Source: Fidelibacter multiformis
GTDB lineage: Bacteria; Fidelibacterota; Fidelibacteria; Fidelibacterales; Fidelibacteraceae
NCBI RefSeq assembly: GCF_041154365.1
Contig: NZ_AP035449.1
Strand: one strand, 5' to 3'
DNA length: 32,000 nt
This document shows, in pieces, positions 23,551 to 32,000 of this stretch; position 1 is the first letter of the stretch, and every line of letters starts with the position of its first letter. Position numbers and translations under genes: made by a program. The notes below the pieces were generated by a model. That model saw only the letters and a list, made by a program, of their open reading frames with translations. It did not search any database and was not told where the DNA came from.

Positions 23551-24674
23551 CGTGTATTTTCCTCTTTTATGACAGCTCTTCCCTTCCAGGTGATACTGCC
23601 TTTTCGGTAACTGTTCCAGGAGTGAAGTGCGATACGGGCTGTATACAGGATGGATATGGGGTGCAGAACGATGCTGACAAAGGGCGGGTGACGGTAAGCC
23701 AGCACCAGAAGCATGCGGATCAACAGGTTGAGAATCACAGTTCCTGCTACTGCCAAACCAGGAGAAAAAATCAACAGTCCGTAAGGGATCACCATTGTCA
23801 ACAGCAACATGGAAAAAATAAGAAAAAACAATCCCGAATGAAATCCGGTAAGTCCGAACAGATTTTTTGCAAAGCCGGCACGAACCTCTTCCGCATTCCG
23901 GTACATACGGCCGTATACCGTGCCCGTCCCGGGCGTGGTGAGGAGATGCAGTCCCCGTTTCTTGGTTTTTCGGCTCATGGCCACATCTTCAACTATTTCG
24001 GAAGCCATTTCTTTGTGTCCACCCAATGTGTCGTAAGCCTCTTTTCTGAACACCATCCACTGCCCATTTGCAGCAGCCAGGGAAGGAAAGGGTGAAAACC
24101 GGGTGAGCCAGAGGGGAAGCATACTGTACACAAAAAGATCTACCACTGGTATCACCAGCTTTTCAGGAAGGGTTTTAAGAGTTTGTTGGGGAAAAGCAGA
24201 GAGCATGTCCAGATTCAAGGCCTGCATCCATCGGACGCTTCTTTCCAGTGCCGCCGGATGGTAGGTGTTATCGGCATCGGTAAAGACAAGGATCTCACCG
24301 GATGCTTCCTGAGACAGCTGATGACAGGCCCATGTTTTTCCCACCCATCCAGCCGGAAGTTCTTTTCCCCGTATTCCCCGGACCTGCTTGTGTTTGAAGG
24401 CAAATCCCTGAATGATTTCCCGGGTTTTATCTGTCGAGTGATCATCCAGGACCAAAATTTCCGCAGGTGCCGGATCCAAAGCCAGCAGACTTTCCAGACA
24501 CGCCGGCAGGTTGTGTTCTTCATTCCGGGCCGGGACAAGCACCGATATGGTGGGGTTTGTAAAACGAGATTTTTTAGGAGGATGGGATAAGCGCGGGCCT
24601 GTTGATACATTGACCAGCGTGACCAATAGAAAAAGGCCCAGGATTCCATAGAGAATAATTATAAAAAATGTCAT
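23547..24674 (-). CDS. Family 2 glycosyltransferase (carotenoid glycosyltransferase, CruC/CrtQ-like by context)
   Basis: 375 aa. GT-A motifs SVLVPARNEE, ILVLDDHSTDKT and VFTDADN, plus C-terminal TM helices. Sits inside the carotenoid operon with ATGA overlaps on both sides. Confidence 0.75.
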   Translation of the reverse strand: MTFFIIILYGILGLFLLVTLVNVSTGPRLSHPPKKSRFTNPTISVLVPARNEEHNLPACLESLLALDPAPAEILVLDDHSTDKTREIIQGFAFKHKQVRGIRGKELPAGWVGKTWACHQLSQEASGEILVFTDADNTYHPAALERSVRWMQALNLDMLSAFPQQTLKTLPEKLVIPVVDLFVYSMLPLWLTRFSPFPSLAAANGQWMVFRKEAYDTLGGHKEMASEIVEDVAMSRKTKKRGLHLLTTPGTGTVYGRMYRNAEEVRAGFAKNLFGLTGFHSGLFFLIFSMLLLTMVIPYGLLIFSPGLAVAGTVILNLLIRMLLVLAYRHPPFVSIVLHPISILYTARIALHSWNSYRKGSITWKGRAVIKEENTR

Positions 24675-25342
24675 CGGGATCCCGGTGATTGCCTGCCTGT
24701 AAAAAGGCGGTGACCTGTTTCACCCTGAATAATGCTGTTTTCCATTTCCTGAAGCAACATGTCCATCTTAAGGGCAGCAGGGGCTGGAGAAAATGCGGAA
24801 TTTTCAATTTTTCGGAACATGATAAAGATATCCGGACGCTGATCTCCCAGAAATTCTGTCCGGATACCACAGATAAACACATCCGGTTTTCCTGAGGATG
24901 CAGAAAGAATATGTGAAAATCCTGCTTTAAAGGTCAGGGGTCGCTGATGCCAGGGCAGCAGTTTCCCCTGGGGGAAAAGAAAAAGCAGATGCCGGGGATT
25001 TTCCAGCAGGCGTGCACTGTAAGCCAGGGTTTTTTCAACATCTTCACGGTCCCCCGGCCGCACTGAATATGCACCAAGACGGTTGAAAAAGGGAAATCGA
25101 TCCAGTTGTTTCTCTTCCATCATCACAAAGGGTTTTTTTTGCCAGACAAGATCATTGATCAGATAAATGATAAAACCATCCCACCAGGTGCTATGATTGG
25201 GAAGGAGTAAGACACTCCGATCTTCAGAAAATGGAGGAAGTTCTCCCAAAATCTGCACACTGTGAAAGGAACACCGGACCAGATGATGTAAATAAGGCCT
25301 GAAAACAATATGGGCCCACCCTGTATGACGAGCCGGTTTCAT
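24671..25342 (-). CDS. PlsC-type acyltransferase (carotenoid glycoside acyltransferase, CruD/CrtO(Staph)-like by context)
   Basis: 223 aa. H(X)4D motif in LLPNHSTWWDGF. Operon context between crtB and the GT2 gene, with ATGA overlaps. Confidence 0.65.
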   Translation of the reverse strand: MKPARHTGWAHIVFRPYLHHLVRCSFHSVQILGELPPFSEDRSVLLLPNHSTWWDGFIIYLINDLVWQKKPFVMMEEKQLDRFPFFNRLGAYSVRPGDREDVEKTLAYSARLLENPRHLLFLFPQGKLLPWHQRPLTFKAGFSHILSASSGKPDVFICGIRTEFLGDQRPDIFIMFRKIENSAFSPAPAALKMDMLLQEMENSIIQGETGHRLFTGRQSPGSR

Positions 25343-26238
25343 TTCCTGTTGAAAACCTTATCTCTTCGGTATTTCATGTATTCTGTTAAAGTGATGGCTA
25401 TTTTCCGGTTAAAACTGACACTGACCCGCCCCTTAAAGGGATTGTAGTCATTGGCTCTGAATTCTTCCAAAATGCCCCGGTAAATCCGGGAAGCAGCATG
25501 GATGGCAAAACGGGAATCGGTATCCAGGTAGCGGATTCCTGATGCAGATTCTTCATAATAACGGTGGGCGTTATCGGCAGTAGCTTTCAACATGCTTCGC
25601 ATGGCCGGTGAAAAACGTTCCTGAAAGATATCTTCTTCAGCGACATCATATCGCTCCAGTTCCGACATGGGGATGTAAATTTTACCCCGGTTCTTATCTT
25701 CCCGGATGTCCCGGAGGATATTGGTCAGCTGCATGGCGACACCCAGTTTTTCGGCATATTCAAAGGCATCCCGGTGTGAAAATCCTATAATGTATGTCAT
25801 CATGAGTCCGATGGTGCCTGCCACACGATAACAATACACATACAAATCTTCAACGTGGGTATAACGGCTGTGGGAAATATCCATACTGACACCTTTGATC
25901 AGATCGAGAGGATATTCAATAGGAATGGAGAAAGAGATGGCAGTCTGGATAAAAGGTTTTAAAACGGGATGCTCCGATTCTTTTCGCCGGTAGGCTGTTT
26001 CGATTTCCCATCGCAGGTGGTCCAGTTCCCTCTGGAGTTCTTCCCGGTCCCTGTCCCGGGGATTATCAACCAGGTTGTCTGTATACCGGGCAAAACCATA
26101 CAGGGCATAGGTCGCCTGGCGTTTGTGTTTAGGGAAAAACCGGGAGGCAAAATAAAAACTCCGGGCGTACAAGGCCGTGATGTTTTTAACGTAGGCGTGG
26201 CTCAAAAGATGTGGCTTGTTTGGATCCCCTTTCATCAA
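25339..26238 (-). CDS. crtB: Phytoene synthase (squalene/phytoene synthase family)
   Basis: 299 aa. YARSFYFASRFFP, YGFARYTDNLVD (first Asp-rich region) and QLTNILRDIREDKNRGKIYIP (second). Confidence 0.92.
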   Translation of the reverse strand: MMKGDPNKPHLLSHAYVKNITALYARSFYFASRFFPKHKRQATYALYGFARYTDNLVDNPRDRDREELQRELDHLRWEIETAYRRKESEHPVLKPFIQTAISFSIPIEYPLDLIKGVSMDISHSRYTHVEDLYVYCYRVAGTIGLMMTYIIGFSHRDAFEYAEKLGVAMQLTNILRDIREDKNRGKIYIPMSELERYDVAEEDIFQERFSPAMRSMLKATADNAHRYYEESASGIRYLDTDSRFAIHAASRIYRGILEEFRANDYNPFKGRVSVSFNRKIAITLTEYMKYRRDKVFNRK

Positions 26239-27731
26239 ACCCCTTCAGTCTCTGTCAGGATGACATGTTCCGTCGTTTCAGCCGTCATCAGTGTTCCGGG
26301 GAGTCCGGCTCCCGGATGGGTGCTGGCCCCAACCAGGTATAAGCCCTGAATATCTTCGCTCCGGTTATGAGGCCGTAAATAAGCGCTCTGGGTCAGTTTG
26401 GGTTCCACACCCCAGGCGGCTCCAAGATGATTGTTTCGATCCTTTTGAAAATCTTCAGGTGTAAACACCGATTTGTAAATAATATGTTTTGAGAAATCTT
26501 CCAAACCAAAGCTGTGTTCCAGGTAATGGAGAATGCTGTTGACAAACATTTCACTGAATTCGTCCCAGTTTGTCCTGCTGAGCTGATTGGCAACAGGAAC
26601 CAGAACATACATGCTTTCTCCTCCGGGAATGGCCATGGTTTTATCGGTCCGGCTGGGTACATGAAGGTACATGGAAAAATCAAAGGGGACCTTCTTTTTA
26701 TCAAAAATATTCCGGATAAGCCGTTTGTAATCTTTTGAAATGATCAGGGTATGGTGTTTTAACTTGTCGTACTTTCGGTCCAGTCCCAGGTAGATCAGAA
26801 CAGAACTCATGGAATAATCAATTTTCTCCAGCTTTTTATTCCGCCATTTTTTCCGGTCCCCGGCATCCACCAGGTCATGGTAAGTGTGATAGAAATCGGC
26901 ATTGGAAACAACGATATCCGCCGGATAAAAGGATTGACTGCTTTTTACACCCGTCACCCGCCGGTTTTGGGTTTCGATACGGGTTGCCGGCTCAGATGTG
27001 TGGATGTGCCCGCCCAATTCCTGAAAAAGGGACGTGAAGGCTTGAATGAGTGAATACATTCCACCGGGGGTATAATGAACTCCGCCCTCTTTTTCAAGCC
27101 ACGGAATCATCTGATAAACCGCAGGTGCTTTAAACGGATTACCTCCGATAAACAGGGGATGAAAGGAAAAGACAAAGCGGCTTCTGGGATCTTTGAAATA
27201 CCGTTTGACAAAGGTATAGGCCGGCAAAAAAACACCCAATCGAATGGCTTTTGGCGCAAAGCTGATCATGGATTTCAAGGTCATGAAAGGTTTTGTCCCC
27301 AGCCCCTTTTTGATGACGGCTTCTTCCATGATCCTGGAGGATTCCATAAAGGCATCATACCGGGCTGCATCTTTGGGATGAAAGGTTGCCAGTTGTTCTT
27401 TCATCCTTTCTGTATTTCCGGAATAATCCAGATAACTGCCATCATGAAAATAGATGCGGTAGTAGGGATCCAGGGGGATCAGTTCCAGGTAATCGGACAT
27501 TTTCTTCCCTGCAGACTGAAATATCTGATCCACCACGTCCGGGGCGGTAACCAGAGAGGGTCCCATGTCAAATGTAAAACCCTCTGCCTTTAACTGTTGG
27601 GCGTGTCCCCCTGGGGCAGCCTGTTTTTCCAAAATAGTGACTTTGGCTCCCCGGGACTGAAGGCGGATACCCAGGGCCAGCCCGCCGAAACCGGAACCAA
27701 TAATGACCACATTTTTTCCCTTTAACGTCAT
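26235..27731 (-). CDS. crtI: Phytoene desaturase (CrtI family)
   Basis: 499 aa from the ATG at 27731 (MTLKGKNVVIIGSGFGGLALGIRLQSRGAKVTILEK, FAD dinucleotide fold). That ATG forms an ATGA overlap with the upstream stop. The C-terminal YLVGASTHPGAGLPG motif is present. The longer track ORF (to 27833) overlaps the upstream gene and lacks the fold. Confidence 0.9.
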   Translation of the reverse strand: MTLKGKNVVIIGSGFGGLALGIRLQSRGAKVTILEKQAAPGGHAQQLKAEGFTFDMGPSLVTAPDVVDQIFQSAGKKMSDYLELIPLDPYYRIYFHDGSYLDYSGNTERMKEQLATFHPKDAARYDAFMESSRIMEEAVIKKGLGTKPFMTLKSMISFAPKAIRLGVFLPAYTFVKRYFKDPRSRFVFSFHPLFIGGNPFKAPAVYQMIPWLEKEGGVHYTPGGMYSLIQAFTSLFQELGGHIHTSEPATRIETQNRRVTGVKSSQSFYPADIVVSNADFYHTYHDLVDAGDRKKWRNKKLEKIDYSMSSVLIYLGLDRKYDKLKHHTLIISKDYKRLIRNIFDKKKVPFDFSMYLHVPSRTDKTMAIPGGESMYVLVPVANQLSRTNWDEFSEMFVNSILHYLEHSFGLEDFSKHIIYKSVFTPEDFQKDRNNHLGAAWGVEPKLTQSAYLRPHNRSEDIQGLYLVGASTHPGAGLPGTLMTAETTEHVILTETEGV

Positions 27732-29221
27732 ATCTTCCCTCTTTCCCTGAATTGTTTTACCAGTTTCCCCGTGATCTGTCCTGAAAGAATCACCAAGGGT
27801 ACTCCACCACCGGGATGAGCAGATCCACCACAAAAATAGAGTCCCTTTACATCCCGGTTCCGGTTGGCCGGCCGCCGAAAAGCCGTGTTCCGGTCATTGG
27901 ATGAAATTCCGTATATGCTGCCACGGTTCGATCCGTATAAACGCTCCATGTCCCTGGGATCGGTCACAGCTTCCGCCACGATCCTGTTCCGGATATCCAG
28001 GCCGTGATCCAAAAGTTTCTGTAAAACACGCTCCCGGATGGCAGGGATCCACGTATCCCAGTCCTGATGTGGAGCCAGACTGGGCATGTTGACCAGAACA
28101 AACCAGTTTTCATGGCCTTTTCGTGCATGTTCTTCGTCTTTTTTCGATGTGACGGCCACATATACCGTCAGATCTTCTGCAGGGGTTTGGGTTACGAACA
28201 AATGTTCAAATTCCTGGTCATAATTTCGGGCAAAAAAAATGTTATGGTGGGCCAGTTCCGGATATTTTCCTTCTACACCCCAGTAAAAAATCAGTCCGGA
28301 GAGAGAAGGTTCAAGCCGTTCAAGCCGGTGGAGGGATTGATTCTTCCCTTTGATAAGGTGTCGAAACGTAGTGACGGCATCGGCGTTGGAGACGACGGCT
28401 GAGGCACCCGTGAAGTGCTCACCGGTCTGAAGGCCGGTCACGTGATGGCTGTTGTAAAATATTTGCCGGACCGGAGTGTGATACTCAATGGGAATGTCCA
28501 ATTCGGCACACCGTTGGGTCAGTGCATCAGTAAGCCGGGCAATGCCTCCTTTGATGTAAACGGCCGGAAGGCCATATTCCACATAGGAGATCATGTTCAG
28601 GGTCGCCGGAGCTTTTCGGGGATCGGCGCCCACATAGGTGGCATACCGGTCCATCATCTGCCGGATGCGATGATCGGTGAAATAGGAGGAAATCGCCTGG
28701 TGCATGGACCGGAAAGCGTCAATTTTCAGCAGGGATGGCAATCGGAGGAGACTTTTCAGGGTCAGCAGGGTGGCCAGTTCATGGATAGGCTGAAAAAGAA
28801 AGAGATCTGCCGTCCGTTCATAGAGTCCCCGGCCGTAACGAAGAAAAGACTCCCATCGTTGTGCGTCTTGGACGGATAGCCGGCCAAGATTTTCAGTCAT
28901 CTGCTCCGGGTCGGCCGTGGCATCGAAAGCCTCCCTTTCTCCCGGAAAAAAATAGCGGCAAAGGGGGTCAATGGGTACATAATCCAGATAATCCTGCCGG
29001 TGGGCACCCGTTTGTTCAAAGAGCCGGTCGATTACGAAAGGCATGGTAATCAGGGAAGGACCTGTATCAAAGCGGAAACCGCTCACAATCCGTTCTCCGG
29101 CTTTTCCGCCGGCATGGGCATTTTGCTCGTAAATTTCTGTTTCAATACCCAGAGATTTCATCGTAAGGGCGGCACTGAGTCCACCCAGGCCCGCACCAAT
29201 CACCGGGACTTTTTCAATCAC
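27728..29221 (-). CDS. Second CrtI-family flavoenzyme (CrtD-like 3',4'-desaturase or CrtO-type ketolase; not distinguishable by eye)
   Basis: About 498 aa from the GTG at 29221 (VIEKVPVIGAGLGGLSAALTMKSLGIETEIYEQN), which overlaps the upstream stop by 8 nt. C-terminal YFCGGSAHPGGGVP motif. The ATG at 29299 would give an 85-nt overlap with the cyclase gene. Start position is uncertain. Confidence 0.8.
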   Translation of the reverse strand: MIEKVPVIGAGLGGLSAALTMKSLGIETEIYEQNAHAGGKAGERIVSGFRFDTGPSLITMPFVIDRLFEQTGAHRQDYLDYVPIDPLCRYFFPGEREAFDATADPEQMTENLGRLSVQDAQRWESFLRYGRGLYERTADLFLFQPIHELATLLTLKSLLRLPSLLKIDAFRSMHQAISSYFTDHRIRQMMDRYATYVGADPRKAPATLNMISYVEYGLPAVYIKGGIARLTDALTQRCAELDIPIEYHTPVRQIFYNSHHVTGLQTGEHFTGASAVVSNADAVTTFRHLIKGKNQSLHRLERLEPSLSGLIFYWGVEGKYPELAHHNIFFARNYDQEFEHLFVTQTPAEDLTVYVAVTSKKDEEHARKGHENWFVLVNMPSLAPHQDWDTWIPAIRERVLQKLLDHGLDIRNRIVAEAVTDPRDMERLYGSNRGSIYGISSNDRNTAFRRPANRNRDVKGLYFCGGSAHPGGGVPLVILSGQITGKLVKQFRERGKI

Positions 29222-29903
29222 GGGACCTCCGGAATTTGAGATATGTGTAGAAGGTAAGGATGATGCTGATATGGGACAGACCAAATAAGAAATCTTCAAG
29301 GGGGATGGTCCATACGTGAAGATTGCTCCGGTACAGGGAGGTGTATTCTACAACCGGCCGGGCTGTCAGATATCCATTGGCAATCAGAACCATCACAATA
29401 AATATAAGGAGAAAACGGTACCACAGGGACTGATACCAAACAGATTTTTCACCCAGGAGGATAAAATCCACCCCAAGGGCCAATGCAAAGGCCAGAAAGA
29501 CCAGGGCGGTGTAATACCACTGGAAAAGTGTGGCAAAAATGAGGGCACCTCCCAATCCTCCGGGGATGAGGAGAAATATCAATCTTTTGACCGGCAAGTG
29601 CCGGCTGGTAAAATAGGCCCGAAAAACCTCCCAGGTAAAAAGAACAGCATAAGGTACTGTGAAAAAAAAGAGGATTTCTTCCAGGGGAAGAGGCCCGATG
29701 TTGATTCCCAGTGTGTACAAGGGGTTAAATGTCCAAAAATGACCTTCTGCAAAATAATCCCAGACAAGAAAAGGAAAACTGCCGGCTGCCATGGCAGGAA
29801 AGACTTTGGACCAGTACTGCCTGAAGCAGACCTTTCGATCAAAACTCAGGGAAAAAGGTCCTGCCAGAACCAAAATATTGAAGAGCAGGTATTCACTCCC
29901 CAT
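29214..29903 (-). CDS. Lycopene cyclase domain protein (fused CrtYc/CrtYd-type)
   Basis: 229 aa with about 7 TM helices. Two repeats carry the PLEE/PLED signature (GPLPLEEILFFFTVPY and WTIPLEDFLFGLSH), typical of the heterodimeric-type lycopene beta-cyclase family. Confidence 0.8.
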   Translation of the reverse strand: MGSEYLLFNILVLAGPFSLSFDRKVCFRQYWSKVFPAMAAGSFPFLVWDYFAEGHFWTFNPLYTLGINIGPLPLEEILFFFTVPYAVLFTWEVFRAYFTSRHLPVKRLIFLLIPGGLGGALIFATLFQWYYTALVFLAFALALGVDFILLGEKSVWYQSLWYRFLLIFIVMVLIANGYLTARPVVEYTSLYRSNLHVWTIPLEDFLFGLSHISIILTFYTYLKFRRSRD

Positions 29904-30477
29904 AGATCCTCCGGAGTTGCTTCAGCATATCTTCCAGGCAGGCTTTTTCGTCCGGACACAAATGGCTGTGTTCTTCCAAAAAATTGATGACATTGACGAC
30001 AAGGTCCGCCGGGTATTCATGATGTACCTGGGGCAGAAGCCTTACGATGGCGTGAAAATTTGCGACTGCCCGTTTCTGCTGATGGAAAAAGAAGGGTAAA
30101 TAATAGGTGGTCGTTCCCTGGATGAATAAAATTTCCACATTGGTGGAATCCATCCTACGTGCCTTTTCCATCATCGGCAGGGATTCCATCACATAATGAT
30201 ATTTTTTTCGGGGTGACAGGGCATGTTTTCCTTTGAGTCCTGTGAGAGATCCTTCATAGACGGTTAATAAAGCGTCATTAATCCGGTTTTCCCGGCGAAG
30301 ATCCTCTATATATGTCAGGGTTTTATCCAGTGAACTTTTATCTTCCACACTCCGGTAGTAAAGAATTCGAAGAGAATCCATGTCTCCTGCGAAAAGTATG
30401 TTTCCCAACGGAGTTCCAAAGGCAGCAAGAAAGAAGAAAACAAATGAGGCGCACCATATATATTTTTTGTTTTTCAT
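29893..30477 (-). CDS. Exported protein of unknown function, first gene of the carotenoid operon
   Basis: 194 aa. Signal peptide MKNKKYIWCASFVFFFLAAFGTPLG. The remainder is predicted helical, with no motif I recognise. Its stop overlaps the lycopene cyclase start by 11 nt. Confidence 0.6.
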   Translation of the reverse strand: MKNKKYIWCASFVFFFLAAFGTPLGNILFAGDMDSLRILYYRSVEDKSSLDKTLTYIEDLRRENRINDALLTVYEGSLTGLKGKHALSPRKKYHYVMESLPMMEKARRMDSTNVEILFIQGTTTYYLPFFFHQQKRAVANFHAIVRLLPQVHHEYPADLVVNVINFLEEHSHLCPDEKACLEDMLKQLRRIYGE

Positions 30478-30635
30478 GTCCCTTAGAGCACCCTTTTGGG
30501 TCGGAAGTTACGGAGTGGACAGGCTAAATTTAAAAAAAGTAAAGATATTTTATAAAATAATGCTTATAATTTCCTTACTGGTTCAGCTAACAGTTGGGAA
30601 CAATCGCAAATTTTGGCGTGTACATACTTTTGTGC

Positions 30636-30664
30636 TTGACATGGAAATATCACTTTGGTAATAT
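30636..30664 (+). promoter_or_regulatory. Consensus sigma70-type promoter with extended -10 upstream of rho (TTGACA-N17-TAATAT)
   Basis: TTGACA is at 30636-30641, followed by a 17-nt spacer ending in TGg (extended -10) and TAATAT at 30659-30664. This predicts an approximately 80-nt leader before the rho GTG. Confidence 0.6.
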
Positions 30665-30750
30665 CTTGTCCGCACACATTTACCACGGCATGACATTCAA
30701 TCAAAACGTGTATCACCCATCAATCATTTAAAAAATGAAGGATTTTTTCT

Positions 30751-32000
30751 GTGAAAACAAGTAAACAAGCCGGCAATGCTGACAATGGAACCTATCGCAT
30801 ATCAGAATTGCAGGAAAAGACCCTGAAGCAATTGCAAAACATTGCTGCCGATTTTGAAGTCCCCGGGACTCAGAACATGAAAAAGATGGAATTGATTTTT
30901 AAAATCCTGGAAGCTCAGGCTGAGATTTCGGGAAATATTTTTGAAGAGGGTGTTTTGGAAATTCTTCCGGATGGTTACGGATTTCTCCGGAGCAGCCGGT
31001 TTCATTATTTGAACAGTCCTTATGATTTATATGTCTCACCTTCTCAGATCAAGCGGTTTGGTTTAAAAACGGGGCACATTATCAGTGGGCAGGTTCGTCC
31101 GCCCAAGGACAATGAGCGATTTTTTGCCTTATTAAAGGTGGAATCGATAAACTTTGAAGATCCTGAGAAGGCCAAGATGACCCGTCCCTTTGGAACCCTG
31201 ACACCTTTGCATCCCGAAGAGCGCCTGAGCCTGGAACGGAATCCCAAAGATTACTCCACCCGGATTATCGATTTGTTATCGCCCATCGGGAAGGGTCAGC
31301 GCGGACTTATTGTCGCCCAGCCTAAGACAGGGAAGACCATTCTTTTGCAGAAAATCGCCAACAGCATATTAGCCAACCATCCGGAAGCGATGCTGATTGT
31401 GCTTCTTATTGATGAACGGCCGGAGGAAGTGACGGATATGCAGCGGAATGTCGATGCTGAAGTCGTGAGTTCCACCTTTGATGAACCGCCGGAACGGCAT
31501 GTCCAGGTCGCTGAAATGGTGTTACAAAAAGCCCGGCGCATGGTGGAATTCGGTCATGATGTGGTCATTCTTCTGGATTCGATCACCCGCCTGGCTCGTG
31601 CCCACAATTCCGTGGTGCCCCACTCCGGGAAAATCCTCTCCGGGGGTATTGACAGCAACGCACTGCACCGGCCGAAACGCTTTTTCGGTGCAGCCCGGAA
31701 TATTGAGGAAGGAGGCAGCCTGACCATTATTGCTACTGCCCTCATTGATACGGGAAGCCGGATGGACGATGTGATTTTTGAGGAATTCAAGGGAACCGGT
31801 AATATGGAACTGGTTCTGGACCGGCGCCTTAGTGACCGCCGGATCTTCCCGGCCATTGATATTAACCGGTCAGGAACCCGTAAGGAAGAACTCCTGATGT
31901 CCAAAGCCGAACTGGCCCGGGTGTGGATCCTGAGAAAATTCCTTAATGAAATGAGTCCCGTGGAAGCCATGGAGTTTCTCCTGGATAAGATGTCCGCCTC
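30751..32000 (+). CDS. rho: Transcription termination factor Rho (5' partial; runs off the window)
   Basis: Not in the ORF track because no stop lies within the window. GTG start at 30751, with GAAGGA 8 nt upstream and a stop at 30736-30738 closing the frame upstream. N-terminal [18 protein letters not shown] and [16 protein letters not shown] (RNA-binding domain). Walker [31 protein letters not shown] and [13 protein letters not shown]. Confidence 0.95.
   Translation, partial: MKTSKQAGNADNGTYRISELQEKTLKQLQNIAADFEVPGTQNMKKMELIFKILEAQAEISGNIFEEGVLEILPDGYGFLRSSRFHYLNSPYDLYVSPSQIKRFGLKTGHIISGQVRPPKDNERFFALLKVESINFEDPEKAKMTRPFGTLTPLHPEERLSLERNPKDYSTRIIDLLSPIGKGQRGLIVAQPKTGKTILLQKIANSILANHPEAMLIVLLIDERPEEVTDMQRNVDAEVVSSTFDEPPERHVQVAEMVLQKARRMVEFGHDVVILLDSITRLARAHNSVVPHSGKILSGGIDSNALHRPKRFFGAARNIEEGGSLTIIATALIDTGSRMDDVIFEEFKGTGNMELVLDRRLSDRRIFPAIDINRSGTRKEELLMSKAELARVWILRKFLNEMSPVEAMEFLLDKMSA

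Noticed and set aside
27732-27833. Longer N-terminal extension of crtI given by the ORF track (start at 27833)
   Set aside because: The extension (MWWICSSRWWSTLGDSF...) overlaps the upstream gene by 106 nt and precedes the FAD-binding fold. The ATG at 27731 gives the canonical N-terminus and an ATGA overlap like the other junctions in the operon. The same logic disfavours the 29299 start of the CrtD-like gene.

Overview
This is a bacterial chromosomal segment with about 27 protein-coding genes, one tmRNA and three unusually elaborate non-coding repeat regions. The T9SS sorting domain, cru-type carotenoid genes and a group-II-like GGGP synthase suggest an FCB-superphylum organism, but that is inference only.

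Left to right:
(i) Mosaic repeat region A (1-1025).
(ii) A visibly AT-rich minus-strand block of three exported proteins: a 1315-aa S1 protease / beta-helix / T9SS-CTD protein, a META-domain lipoprotein and a beta-propeller-like lipoprotein. A consensus sigma70-type promoter with a T13 tract in its spacer precedes the block.
(iii) Mosaic repeat region B (6849-7561).
(iv) A tightly packed plus-strand operon: efp, accB, accC, gcvH, gcvPA, a GGGP-synthase-like gene, gmhA, xerD and an M50 protease.
(v) A convergent TrmH-family methyltransferase, then ssrA (tmRNA) with a near-consensus promoter.
(vi) Mosaic repeat region C (16024-16640), abutting ssrA.
(vii) A receiver-only response regulator, a stand-alone LuxR-type HTH protein and a TPR/TM/LuxR sensor-regulator.
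(viii) Oligopeptidase B, whose SD+ATG is separated from an otherwise in-frame lipoprotein signal peptide by an A7 tract.
(ix) An NAD-dependent sugar epimerase.
(x) An eight-gene, translationally coupled carotenoid operon: unknown exported protein, lycopene-cyclase-domain protein, two CrtI-family enzymes, CrtB, acyltransferase, GT2 and a CruF-like hydratase.
(xi) The 5' part of rho behind a consensus promoter.

The most unusual signal is not a gene. It is a family of modular, Lego-like non-coding composites present at three loci. They are built from heptamer and nonamer tandem repeats, nested hairpins, arrays of triloop hairpins with a conserved TTGAA/TTCAA linker but variable stems, and a conserved ~150-nt module with promoter-like hexamers and a mini-ORF. 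I cannot assign these to any repeat family I know. All homology calls come from motif recognition by eye, and no searches were run.
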